DNA from: Capsulimonadaceae bacterium
GTDB lineage: Bacteria; Armatimonadota; Armatimonadia; Armatimonadales; Capsulimonadaceae
Assembly (NCBI GenBank): GCA_965215505.1
Contig: OZ244065.1
Coordinates: 2,592,001 to 2,656,000, forward strand
DNA: 64,000 nucleotides
Direction: 5' to 3'
Shown piece after piece: positions 39,556 through 49,044 of this stretch. Under the pieces are notes generated by a model. The model worked only from the letters and a program-made list of their open reading frames with translations. It did not search any database and was not told the DNA's origin. How positions within the stretch are numbered: the first letter of the stretch is position 1; every line of letters starts with the position of its first letter. A program made the translations under genes and the position numbers.

Positions 39556-39595
39556 CAAAAAACTGCTTGACTTTTCGCCGGGCCTGTGTTAAAGT
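39556..39595 (+). promoter_or_regulatory. Promoter / direct repeat copy 2
   Basis: Same 27-bp core GCTTGACTTTTCGCCGGGCCTGTGTTA with -10 TAAAGT. Confidence 0.85.
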
Positions 39596-39716
39596 AGGGG
39601 AACACCGAATTCCGGCCATGAACTCCGGCCCCGAACCTGCCGAACACACAACCCACCGACGTGTCATAAACCGTTCACGCGCTATGGCCCGATCCCCCTT
39701 GCCTGGAGGCGTTTGC

Positions 39717-41576
39717 ATGAAACTCTGTCTGAAGGACCTGACCGGCGCGGCGACGATGCTGGCCGCCGCGCTCGGCCTGAGCCTCTTCGGCCCCCACCGG
39801 GCCTACGCCGCGCCCGGCGGAATCACCGCCCCCGGCGAGAGCGAGCTGGACGTCAAGGTCCTCAGCCCCGACCCGCACACGCCGCTCGTCGGCCTGAAGC
39901 CCGTAGACATCTCCGCCTTCTACCAGGGCACGCCCGGCAACCAGATCGTCGCCGTGGAGCTGTACCTGGACGGAAGGAAGGTGGCGGCCCGGACTCTGGA
40001 CGTGCCCGAGACGCGCGGCGTGGTCTCGTTCCTCGTGGACGCTTCCCAGATCACGCCGGGCGCGCACAAGGTCGTGGTCAGGGTGACGGCGGCCGACCAG
40101 GAAGTCAAGTCTGTCCGCTCCGTCTTCCAGTTCGGCGAGCCGGCCCCGGACAGCCCCGCAACGGGCAGCCTCCCCGGACTCTCGCCCACCGCGCCCGGCA
40201 TCGGGGCCGGGGCCGCCCCCACACTGCGCCTGTTCGACCCGTCGGAGAACGGCAAGGTGCAGGGGACCGTGACCATCAAGGTCAAGGCGACCGACCCGAG
40301 CGGCAAAAATCCTTACGTCTCGCTGTTCATTGACAAGAAGTTCGAGACGCTGCGGAACTACGCCCCCTACGAGTTCGAGTGGGACACGACGGCCTACCCT
40401 AACGGCTACCACACGATCGAGGTGTCCGGCTACAACGAGTCCTCGCCGGGCAGCAGCGAGTCGAAGAGCCTGCGCCTGTATATCAACAACCCCGGCGGCG
40501 AAACCTCCATCCGGCGTGACCTGATGGACGGCGTCAAGCCTGCCAAGACGCGCGCCCCCCGGACATCCGCCCCCCGGAAGAGCGTCGGCCGGCCCCTGCC
40601 GCTGCGCCGCCCCGACCTGCTGACGGCGGACGAGCGCCGGGCGGACAAGGATAATGCACAGCGCGTGGCCTCGGTCATGCCCCGGCACATCCAGTCCACG
40701 CGCGAGGTCGTTCAGCATCTGGTGCGCGGGGCCGGCTCGCTCCGCTTCGGCCCGATTGACGCCGCGACCGAACTGTCCGCGCCGTTCGCCGCAGAGACGC
40801 CCGCCGCGCCCGTCCTGAACGAGAGCGCCCCGCACATCGCGCCGCCCCGCATCGCCCGGACCATGCGGGCAGGCGGCCACAAGCCCATGCCCGCCGCTGT
40901 CGCCGCCGCCGCGCCGGACGTTGACCCGAACACGGCTGCCCTGGCCGACCTGACCCGCTCCGCACGCCGCGTGTCGGGCAAGATCGCCCGCCTCCAGCGC
41001 ATGGCCGGGCTGCGCCTGCCGGACAGCGACCTGGCCTCGCCCTTCCTGGCGGCCCCGCGCGCCCAGCCGCTCCCCGCCGCCACGGTCGTCAAGATCGCCG
41101 CCTACCAGGCCCGGATACAGGCGACCGAGCGGATCACCCATTCGGCGATCAAGCCGGTGATGCGGATGCACCCGCTGCGGGTCCACCTCCCTACGGGCCT
41201 TGGCAACCTCCTGCGGAGCGTCGGGCAGACCTCCATCGTGTTCAACCATACGACGGTGCGGATAGACCGGCCCCTGGCCGCGTCGGGCGGCGTCCTCTTC
41301 GGCCCGCTGCGCCAGATCTTCGAGCAGGGCGGCGGCACCCTCACCTGGGAGTCCCGGACGGGGATCGTCCGCGCCAAAAGCGCGACGAAGGACATCCAGC
41401 TCACCATCGGCAAGAACAAGGCCGTGATTAACGCGAAGGCCGTCTCGCTGGACGGCAAGCCGTACCTGCTCATGGGCCGGACGATGGTCCCGCTGTCGTT
41501 CGTGACGGCGGCCATGGACGCGGACGTGCAGTACGACGCCGCGACGGGCCACCTGCTGATCACGAGCCGCAAGTAG
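39717..41576 (+). CDS. Secreted protein with Ig-like domains and C-terminal copper-amine-oxidase-like stalk domain
   Basis: GGAGG RBS; signal peptide; VELYLDG, PYEFEWDTTAYPNGYHTIEV; GRTMVPLSFVTAAMDADVQYD. Confidence 0.8.
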   Translation: MKLCLKDLTGAATMLAAALGLSLFGPHRAYAAPGGITAPGESELDVKVLSPDPHTPLVGLKPVDISAFYQGTPGNQIVAVELYLDGRKVAARTLDVPETRGVVSFLVDASQITPGAHKVVVRVTAADQEVKSVRSVFQFGEPAPDSPATGSLPGLSPTAPGIGAGAAPTLRLFDPSENGKVQGTVTIKVKATDPSGKNPYVSLFIDKKFETLRNYAPYEFEWDTTAYPNGYHTIEVSGYNESSPGSSESKSLRLYINNPGGETSIRRDLMDGVKPAKTRAPRTSAPRKSVGRPLPLRRPDLLTADERRADKDNAQRVASVMPRHIQSTREVVQHLVRGAGSLRFGPIDAATELSAPFAAETPAAPVLNESAPHIAPPRIARTMRAGGHKPMPAAVAAAAPDVDPNTAALADLTRSARRVSGKIARLQRMAGLRLPDSDLASPFLAAPRAQPLPAATVVKIAAYQARIQATERITHSAIKPVMRMHPLRVHLPTGLGNLLRSVGQTSIVFNHTTVRIDRPLAASGGVLFGPLRQIFEQGGGTLTWESRTGIVRAKSATKDIQLTIGKNKAVINAKAVSLDGKPYLLMGRTMVPLSFVTAAMDADVQYDAATGHLLITSRK

Positions 41577-41591
41577 TCGCTTCTTCGGTCC

Positions 41592-41628
41592 ACAAAGCCC
41601 CCGTACCGCACTGGTGCGGGGGCTTTGT
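41592..41628 (+). terminator. Intrinsic terminator
   Basis: ACAAAGCCCCCGTACC / GGTGCGGGGGCTTTGT. Confidence 0.75.
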
Positions 41629-41658
41629 CTTTGAGGCCTGGGTGATTTGAGGCCCCCC

Positions 41659-44199
41659 GTGAACCGCTGCTGCCGAGTCCTTGCGGTCATTACCATCTTG
41701 CTGGCCCTTCTCCTGCCTGACGCCCCCTGCCGGGCGCAGAAGACGGGCGCGCTCCAGAAGGCCGGGTGGCGTCTCACCTTCGATGACGAGTTCTCGGGGT
41801 CCGCCCTGGACACGCGCAAGTGGACGGCAAGCGAAGGCACCTTCGAGAATCGCTCCGCGCCGATCCAGTACTTCCTGCCGTCCGAGGTGAGCGTCGCGCA
41901 GGGACACCTCACCCTCACCAGCGAGCAGCGTTCCAGCCACGGGTACGGGTACACGTCGGGCGAGATTCGCACCCTGGACAAGTTCTGCCAGCTCTACGGC
42001 CGGCTCGAAGTCCGCTGCCGCTTCCCCACCGTGCCGGGCGTTTGGCCCGCCGTCTATTTGCTCCCGGCGGACGACAGTTGGCCGCCGGAGATCGACGTCG
42101 CCGAGTTCATCGGGCGCACCCCCGATAAGGTCTATCTGACGAACCACTGGCTGGACGGCTACGGCGCACACAAGCAGATGAACTGTGACTGGGCGGACCC
42201 GGCCACCGACTGGGGGGCCTGGCACACCTACGCCACCGAGTGGCAGCCGGGCGGCGTCCGCTGGTATGTTGACGGCGTCCTGCGCGGCACGGACCTGGGG
42301 CCGGTGTCCAGGGTGCCGATGTACATCCGCGTGAACCTCATGGTCGGCGGCGACTTCGCGGGCATCCCGCAGCCGGGCGCGTGGCCGCAGACGTTCGCGC
42401 TGGACTATGTCCGCATGTACCAGCGCAAGGGCGGACCCGCGCCCATTCTGAGGCCGGTCCCCCGCTTCGTGCCGCCCCCGCCGCCGCCTTCATATTCCCC
42501 ACCGCCACCCGAGCCGGCACCCGTCGATGATCAGGGCGGGGAGGGCGGGACGGACGGCTGGGGCCTCTTCTTCCTGCTGGCCCCCCCGCTCCTGGTCTGG
42601 TGGTGGATGGGGGGGTTGGTGGGGTCGCGGGCGGCGCGGACGGCCGCCCTGGCGTCGGGCGTGTGGGTGAGCGCGGGGGGCTACCTGCTGTTCCGGATCC
42701 AGGTCATCCACTGGGCGGCCTGGTGGATCGCGCTGCCGCTGCTCCTCGCCGAGATGCACGGGCTGCTGCACACCCTGGGGCTGCAATACACGCTCTGGCC
42801 GCGCCCGGCCCCGGTGGTTCATGCCGAGCAAGACCCTTCCCTGCGGCCCGTCTTCATCCTCATCCCCACCGTGAACGAAGGCCCGGACGTGCTGGGGCTG
42901 ACGGTGGAGGGCGCGCTGCGGACCCGCGCCCATTACCTCGAACGCTTCCCCGAAGCGCGGGTCACGGTCGTCGTCTGCAACGACGGGTATGTGGCGGGTT
43001 ACCCGGAGTGGTACGCCGCCGAGAAGCTGGCGGAGCGGCTCGGCGTGGTCTGCGTCACCCGCGCGGTCGGGGGCGGCGCGAAGGCGGGCAACATCGAGTG
43101 GGCGCGGCAGACGGTGGGGGCGGTCGGGGATGCGCTCATTGTCCTGTTCGACGCCGACCAGGTCGCCGAGGAAGACTTCCTGGCGCAGACGGCCCTCCCC
43201 TTCGCGGACCCGTCCATCGGCTGGGTGCAGACCGGCCAGTATTACCGCAACCTGGAGAACCCGGTCGCGCGCTGGGCCAACGACCAGCAGGGCCTGTTCT
43301 ACCAGGTCCTCTGCCCCGGCAAGGCGGCCCTGAACGCGGCATTCATCTGCGGCACGAACGTCATGCTGCGGGCCGAGGCGCTGGACGAGATCGGCGGGCT
43401 GCCGCAGGACTCGGTGACGGAGGATTTCGCCGCCTCACTCCAACTTCACCCGCGCTGGCGCAGCCTGTTTCTGCCAGACGTGCTGGCGCAGGGCCTGGGG
43501 CCGATGGACCTGAAATCCTACTTCGCCCAGCAGGGCCGCTGGGCGACCGGGACCTTGGGCGTCCTGCGCCGACACTGGCGGATGCTGCTCCTGCCGGGCA
43601 AGGGTGGCCTGAGCCTGCCCCAGCGCGTCCAATACGGGCTGGCCTGCACCCACTATCTGTCGGGCCTGCGCGACCTGGTCTACCTGCTGGTGCCGTTCCT
43701 CTTCCTGCTCCTGGGCGTTTCGGCCCTGCGCGGCGCGGACATGCCGACATTCCTGGGCCGCTTCCTGCCCTACTTCGTGTTCTCCCAGGTCGCCTTCTGG
43801 CACGCCGCCGCGCGCAAGACGACCTGGCGCGGGCTGGTCCTGAGCTTCGGCAGCTTTCCGGTCCTGCTGGCGAGCCTGATGCTGGTCGTTCTGGGCCAGA
43901 AGACGCGCTTCGCGATCACCCCCAAGCGCCGCAGCGGGGTCCGGGCAAGCCCCCCGCTGCTGCCACAAATCCTGGCCGGGGCCGCCTGCCTGGTCGGCTT
44001 GGTCATGGCCGCCGCCTCGCCCGAGGACAAGACCCTGGTCCTGCTGAGTGCGCTCTGGCTGCTCGTCATGCTGCTGATGCTGGCGGGCGTGCTGTGGCTG
44101 GGATTACAGGACCGTCGAGAGGAAAAGGGCATTCGCATCGGTTTAGAGGCTGGTGGCGAACCTCATCGGGGCGAGGGGGTGGGAAGAGACGAGGTTTGA
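41659..44199 (+). CDS. GH16 glycoside hydrolase fused to GT2 processive (cellulose-synthase-like) glycosyltransferase
   Basis: FDDEFSG, YTSGEI, WPPEIDVAE, WHTYATEW; Pro linker; TM helices; AKAGN, FDAD, VQTGQ, VTEDF, QQGRW. Confidence 0.88.
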   Translation: MNRCCRVLAVITILLALLLPDAPCRAQKTGALQKAGWRLTFDDEFSGSALDTRKWTASEGTFENRSAPIQYFLPSEVSVAQGHLTLTSEQRSSHGYGYTSGEIRTLDKFCQLYGRLEVRCRFPTVPGVWPAVYLLPADDSWPPEIDVAEFIGRTPDKVYLTNHWLDGYGAHKQMNCDWADPATDWGAWHTYATEWQPGGVRWYVDGVLRGTDLGPVSRVPMYIRVNLMVGGDFAGIPQPGAWPQTFALDYVRMYQRKGGPAPILRPVPRFVPPPPPPSYSPPPPEPAPVDDQGGEGGTDGWGLFFLLAPPLLVWWWMGGLVGSRAARTAALASGVWVSAGGYLLFRIQVIHWAAWWIALPLLLAEMHGLLHTLGLQYTLWPRPAPVVHAEQDPSLRPVFILIPTVNEGPDVLGLTVEGALRTRAHYLERFPEARVTVVVCNDGYVAGYPEWYAAEKLAERLGVVCVTRAVGGGAKAGNIEWARQTVGAVGDALIVLFDADQVAEEDFLAQTALPFADPSIGWVQTGQYYRNLENPVARWANDQQGLFYQVLCPGKAALNAAFICGTNVMLRAEALDEIGGLPQDSVTEDFAASLQLHPRWRSLFLPDVLAQGLGPMDLKSYFAQQGRWATGTLGVLRRHWRMLLLPGKGGLSLPQRVQYGLACTHYLSGLRDLVYLLVPFLFLLLGVSALRGADMPTFLGRFLPYFVFSQVAFWHAAARKTTWRGLVLSFGSFPVLLASLMLVVLGQKTRFAITPKRRSGVRASPPLLPQILAGAACLVGLVMAAASPEDKTLVLLSALWLLVMLLMLAGVLWLGLQDRREEKGIRIGLEAGGEPHRGEGVGRDEV

Positions 44200-44217
44200 G
44201 CTATTTTTAAGAATCGC

Positions 44218-44246
44218 TTGACATTTAGTGCGCTTTGGGATAAAAT
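44218..44246 (+). promoter_or_regulatory. Sigma70 promoter of the LacI/pilin locus
   Basis: TTGACA-N17-TAAAAT. Confidence 0.75.
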
Positions 44247-44259
44247 AAATAACAGTATG

Positions 44260-44315
44260 ATTTAACGATAGGTTAGATCGGTTTTCGTTTCTCATCATTG
44301 ACCTAACGCTAGGTT
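44260..44315 (+). promoter_or_regulatory. Two candidate LacI-type operators
   Basis: ATTTAACGATAGGT (44260-44273) and ACCTAACGCTAGGT (44301-44314): CG-centred imperfect palindromes downstream of the -10. Confidence 0.55.
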
Positions 44316-44324
44316 TTAAATCTT

Positions 44325-45383
44325 ATGGCAAGCAACAAAGTTACATTGGCCGAGGTCGCGCGTCAGGCGGGCACAAGCCCGATGGCGGTTTCCGTCACTC
44401 TGAACGGCGCGCGTTCCAACACCCGCGTCTCCAGCGCGACCCGGCAGCGGATCATGGCGGTCGCGGCCGACTTGAACTATTCCCCGAATGCCGTGGCGCA
44501 GGGACTGAAGCGCCGGTACACCAGCACAATCGGCGTCTTGTTCAACTGGGCGGGGCCGACCACGGTCCACGACTTGTTCTCCACAGCCCTGCTGGACGGC
44601 ATCGTCGCCGGAGCGGCGACGGCGGGATACCACATCTTGCTTTATACCAAATCGTGGCGCGATGCCGCGACCTCCTCTCCGATGTTCTCGGATCGTCGTA
44701 CCGACGGGGTCATCGTGGTCGCGCCGGAGGAAGCCTCCGATGTCGTCCCCAGCCTCACCGCGCTGGGCGTCCCGACGGTGCTGCTGTCAGCCGCCACGGA
44801 CGTCCCCGGCGTTCATTTCGTGAAAACGGACAATTCTTTGGGCGTCTCGCTGGCACTAGATCATCTGTGGGACCTGGGGCACCGGCAGATCGCCTTTGCC
44901 AGCCAGGGGCGGACGCGGTACTCCATGCGGGAACGTAGTTTGGCCTATCATGCTTGGATGGCACGGCACGGCCTCCCGATTCCGGATGGGTACGTCCTGG
45001 AGGACCTCGATTCGAACCACGAGCCGATCAACATGGCCCGATTGGAAAAACTGCTGAGGCACCCGAAGCGCCCGACGGCCGTGTTCGCCGCCACGGATGA
45101 TCTGGCCGTGGACGTTCTGGAGGCCGCCCGCATCGTCGGCCTCGGCGTGCCGGGACGGCTCTCCGTGGTCGGCTTCGACGATGTGCTTGTGGCCTCTCTC
45201 ACGGTGCCGAAGCTGACTACGGTCCGCCAGCCGCTCCATGAGATGGGGCGGCGAGCCGCGCATCTGCTGATCGCGAACATCAAAGGAGAGGAGGAAACTA
45301 CCGCAGGACCGACAAGCCATGTGACCGTACCGGAACTCATCGTGCGGGACTCGACGGCACCGCCAACCACCGTCCTCGGATGA
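44325..45383 (+). CDS. LacI family transcriptional regulator
   Basis: [50 protein letters not shown]. Confidence 0.95.
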   Translation: MASNKVTLAEVARQAGTSPMAVSVTLNGARSNTRVSSATRQRIMAVAADLNYSPNAVAQGLKRRYTSTIGVLFNWAGPTTVHDLFSTALLDGIVAGAATAGYHILLYTKSWRDAATSSPMFSDRRTDGVIVVAPEEASDVVPSLTALGVPTVLLSAATDVPGVHFVKTDNSLGVSLALDHLWDLGHRQIAFASQGRTRYSMRERSLAYHAWMARHGLPIPDGYVLEDLDSNHEPINMARLEKLLRHPKRPTAVFAATDDLAVDVLEAARIVGLGVPGRLSVVGFDDVLVASLTVPKLTTVRQPLHEMGRRAAHLLIANIKGEEETTAGPTSHVTVPELIVRDSTAPPTTVLG

Positions 45384-45445
45384 CGGCCCATTTCGCCCCG
45401 ACCCGCCTGCCGTCATGGCAGACCCTCTTCGGCCAAAGGAAGGAC

Positions 45446-46363
45446 ATGACAATGTTCTCTGTCATTCAGCACCCCGTCAGTCGCCGGCGACCGGCGCTAT
45501 CGCCCGCGAGGCCCTCCTCCGGATTCACTCTGATAGAACTACTCGTGGTTATTGCTATAATCGCTATATTGGCGGCGATCCTGTTCCCCGTCTTCCAGAA
45601 GGTCCGCGAGAACGCGCGCCGGACCGCCTGCCTTTCCAACACCAAACAGATGGGGTTGGCCGTCATGCAGTACATCCAGGACGCCGACGAAACCTACCCG
45701 AACGGCAACTACAACTACAACGCGATCGGCGGGTGGGCCGGCCAGATCTTCCCCTATGTCAAGAGTACCGGGGCGTACCGGTGCCCGGACGACTACAAGG
45801 TGGTTTCCGCCGCCGACAACCCCAGTTCCTTCGGCATGAACAGCAACTTCGGCCGACAGGGGAACCCCAGCGGCGGCGTCCCGAACGTCTCCCGCACCCT
45901 GGCCTCGATGAACGCCGCCAGCAGAACGGTGATGCTGTTCGAGGTGGAGGGCAACACGGGCATTGATGTCACCAGACTGCTCGAGGGACCCTACAGCAAG
46001 AACTACAACTCGTCGCCCTTTGGGAACGGGGGGGTGTACGGCTACAGCCCCTCCGGTGGGGGGACGTTCGGCGGCTGCCCGGCGGCGGCGGGCCAGACGC
46101 TGAAGTACGCCACCGGCTATATGGGGGGACGTGACCCCGGCCCACTCGCCTGCCACTATACCGGCGCGACGGGCAGGCACAACGGCGGGGCGAACTACCT
46201 GATGGGCGACGGCCACGCCAAGTGGTTTCGGTCCGAGGTGGTGTCCTCCGGGTCCAACGCCGTCAATGAAACCGACGCGCAGACCAGCGGCACTGGCGTC
46301 GCCGCCGGGACCGGGGGGACCATCGGCGGCGCTCCCGCCGCCGCGACGTTCAGCATCAACTAG
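45446..46363 (+). CDS. Prepilin-type DUF1559 protein with H-X9-DG motif
   Basis: [58 protein letters not shown]. Confidence 0.93.
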   Translation: MTMFSVIQHPVSRRRPALSPARPSSGFTLIELLVVIAIIAILAAILFPVFQKVRENARRTACLSNTKQMGLAVMQYIQDADETYPNGNYNYNAIGGWAGQIFPYVKSTGAYRCPDDYKVVSAADNPSSFGMNSNFGRQGNPSGGVPNVSRTLASMNAASRTVMLFEVEGNTGIDVTRLLEGPYSKNYNSSPFGNGGVYGYSPSGGGTFGGCPAAAGQTLKYATGYMGGRDPGPLACHYTGATGRHNGGANYLMGDGHAKWFRSEVVSSGSNAVNETDAQTSGTGVAAGTGGTIGGAPAAATFSIN

Positions 46364-46425
46364 GCCCATCCCTGGAGCGAAAGACATAAAGCTGGGCATG
46401 AAGCTGGGGCGGAACGGGTTGTCCC

Positions 46426-46504
46426 GCCCCAGGCTCAACGTGCCCCAGGCTCAACGTGCCCCAGGCTCAACGTGCCCCAGGCTCAACGTGCCCCAGGCTC
46501 AACG
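46426..46504 (+). repeat. Tandem repeat, 16-bp unit x5
   Basis: GCCCCAGGCTCAACGT four full copies plus 15/16; starts in the 3' arm of hairpin CTGGGGCGG...CCGCCCCAG. Confidence 0.95.
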
Positions 46505-46536
46505 CGAACGCAACGGACTCACGAAAGCCTCAACCT

Positions 46537-48456
46537 ATGACGCGCTCTCTCTCAAATGTCCTACTCGTCTCCGCCGTCCTGGCCCTTGTGGCCGGCCGAG
46601 TTCCGCAAGCCCTCGGGGCGGCCCCCCACGGCGGGCCGCTGCTCCGGCAGGACTTCAATCAGCCCGGTTCCTGGCCCGGTCTCACCGCCGCCCCCGCCCT
46701 GGCGGGCGTGGCCGTCGTGGCCGAGCGGGCGTCAGTCGGCACGGTGGATGCCGCCGGATCGGCCACACCCTCCGGCGCGATCCGGCTGACCGTCCGCCGC
46801 AGGGCGAGCAGGGGCACATGGAGCGCGGGGATGACCAGCGGCCTGCTGACCGTCCATACGGCGGAGAAGGATCTGGGCAAGCTGACCCTCAGCTTCGACC
46901 ACTCGATTTCCTTGGTGCGCCCCGTGACGGTGCGGGTCGAATCGTTCGACGCCCGCAGGCACCGCACCGGGGGGCGTGAGGGCACGGTCTATCCCGCCGC
47001 ACCCGACTTCTACCTCCGGGCCGCGCTGGAACTCTCGGCGATGCGCCCGTCCGGCGGGGGCGTGTTCCGGCCAGCCGATCCGTTCGTGCGAATCACCTTC
47101 CAGATAAGCCGCCTGCCCGCCGAGGCGGCGGACGCGGGGCTGGTAGAGCTTCGCATCGACAACGTGTGCTATGCCAGCCCCGCTTACTACGTCAGCCCCC
47201 AGGGCAGCGACGCCGGCGACGGTCGGACGGAGGCGACGGCTTTCGCCACGCCGCAGAAGGCCGTGGATGCCGCCCAGCCGGGCGACATCATCCTGGTCAT
47301 GGACGGGACTTACCTGCCGCACTCAGACCAGGAAGGGGTGGCCGCCTTCCGGCGTCCCGGCAGCCCGGCGGCATGGATCACGCTGAAAAATTATCCCGGT
47401 CAGCATCCGGTATTCTCCACGGTCGGTGCCTGGAACGCGGTGCGGATCGGGCAGCGGGGGACGAACGCCGTCCCCTCCCCGCTGCCCGCGCTCGCCTATC
47501 TTGAGGTGAGGGGGCTGCACTTCCGGGGGGACGCCGATGTCGCGAAGCAGAAATACCCCGATCTGGTCGGCAAGTCCGACGCGCACACAAACGGCAACGG
47601 GGTCAGCATCACAGGCGTCGCCGAAACCCACCGCGCCCACCACATCCGAATCGCGGACAACGTCGCCGACTACTGCGCCGGCGGCGGAATCAGCGCCATC
47701 CAGGCGGACTGGATCACGATTGAGAACAACGTCGTCCGTAACAACTGCTGGTGGACGGTCTATGCCGGGTCCGGGATCTCGCTGCTCGACTCCGCAAACT
47801 TCGACGCCGGGACGAACGTCTACAAGTGTCTGATTCGCGGCAACCAGTCCAGCGGGAATCGGTGCTTCGTTCCGTGGGGGCAGGTCAAGCGGATCTCCGA
47901 CGGCAACGGGATCATCATTGACACCAACAACGCCCCCGCCCAGCGCCATGTCTATCTTGGGCGGACCCTGGTACAGAACAACCTGTCCTTCAACAACGGC
48001 GGGTCGGGCATCCATGCCTTCAAGAGCCATCAGATAGACATCATCAACAACACCGCCTACCACAACGGCGCGTCCCCGGAACTGAACTGGGGACAGATCT
48101 TCGTCCAGGTCGCCGACGACGTGCGGATCATGAACAACATCCTGGTGTCGCGTCCCGGTCAGCCGATCAACTCGGTCGGCCCCGACGGCGGCGACCAGAA
48201 CAGCACCCGCGTCACGCGCGCCCACAACCTCTACTTCGGCGGGCTGGCCCCGAAACTCACCGGGGCGGGCGACGTGACAGGCGACCCGCAGTTCGTGAAC
48301 GCCTCCGCCGACCCCGCCGACGCCGACTTCCGTCTGAAGCCCGGCAGCCCGGCGCTGAGATCGGGCGTGCCGGGAGAGATAGTCCCATTGCTCGACATGG
48401 ACGGCAGACCGCGCCCGACCGGCACCACGCCTGACAGGGGAGCCTACCAGAAGTAA
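46537..48456 (+). CDS. Secreted right-handed beta-helix (pectate-lyase-fold) protein
   Basis: Signal peptide; YYVSPQGSD...AFATPQKAVDAAQPGDIILVMDGTY; repeated I-x-NN motifs; GDPQFV...DFRLKPGSPA...PDRGAYQ. Confidence 0.85.
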   Translation: MTRSLSNVLLVSAVLALVAGRVPQALGAAPHGGPLLRQDFNQPGSWPGLTAAPALAGVAVVAERASVGTVDAAGSATPSGAIRLTVRRRASRGTWSAGMTSGLLTVHTAEKDLGKLTLSFDHSISLVRPVTVRVESFDARRHRTGGREGTVYPAAPDFYLRAALELSAMRPSGGGVFRPADPFVRITFQISRLPAEAADAGLVELRIDNVCYASPAYYVSPQGSDAGDGRTEATAFATPQKAVDAAQPGDIILVMDGTYLPHSDQEGVAAFRRPGSPAAWITLKNYPGQHPVFSTVGAWNAVRIGQRGTNAVPSPLPALAYLEVRGLHFRGDADVAKQKYPDLVGKSDAHTNGNGVSITGVAETHRAHHIRIADNVADYCAGGGISAIQADWITIENNVVRNNCWWTVYAGSGISLLDSANFDAGTNVYKCLIRGNQSSGNRCFVPWGQVKRISDGNGIIIDTNNAPAQRHVYLGRTLVQNNLSFNNGGSGIHAFKSHQIDIINNTAYHNGASPELNWGQIFVQVADDVRIMNNILVSRPGQPINSVGPDGGDQNSTRVTRAHNLYFGGLAPKLTGAGDVTGDPQFVNASADPADADFRLKPGSPALRSGVPGEIVPLLDMDGRPRPTGTTPDRGAYQK

Positions 48457-48530
48457 CGCGGAAGCCCATATTCCCCAGTTCTCTGCTCCCCGGCGAGTAC
48501 ATAAGCGCGAAAGAAAGCGTTCCCAGCAAG

Positions 48531-48563
48531 ACAGGCAGCCTCCCCTACCGGGAGGCTGCCTGT
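48531..48563. terminator. Bidirectional terminator hairpin
   Basis: ACAGGCAGCCTCCC / GGGAGGCTGCCTGT between convergent genes. Confidence 0.8.
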
Positions 48564-48585
48564 TTGTGGTAAACTGAGGCGGGTG

Positions 48586-48936
48586 CTAGGAGGCCGCAGG
48601 CGCGGGCGCTTTCGTTTCGGCCTTCGTTTCCGTCTTGACCGCCTCGGACTTCGCCTCGGGCTTCGACTCGGTCTTTGCCTCCGACTTCACCTCACCACTT
48701 GGCGCAACGGCCTCGGAGGAAGACGCGGGGGCACTGCCCTCGGACGCGCCGCTGGGCTTGGCGGCGTAGTCGTTGACGTAGAAGCCGGACCCCTTGAAGG
48801 AGATGCCGACGGGGTAGATGCGCTTGCGGAGCTTGCCGCCGCACGTCTCGCAGGTCGTCAAGGCGTCGTCTTTGATGCTCTGGAAGATCTCAAACTGGTT
48901 GTCGCAGGAAAGACACTCGTAACCATAGGTCGGCAT
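48586..48936 (-). CDS. FmdB family zinc-ribbon protein
   Basis: MPTYGYECLSC...CETCGGKL...FKGSGFYVNDY. Confidence 0.92.
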   Translation of the reverse strand: MPTYGYECLSCDNQFEIFQSIKDDALTTCETCGGKLRKRIYPVGISFKGSGFYVNDYAAKPSGASEGSAPASSSEAVAPSGEVKSEAKTESKPEAKSEAVKTETKAETKAPAPAAS

Positions 48937-49044
48937 AGGAAAGCACACCTCACAAATCGCTGTAGTAGTTTGTTGTCGTAGTTGATTGTACCACCATCAT
49001 AACACGTTTTTCTCCCAACACGTTTCCCCGAAAGGCGAGTTCCC

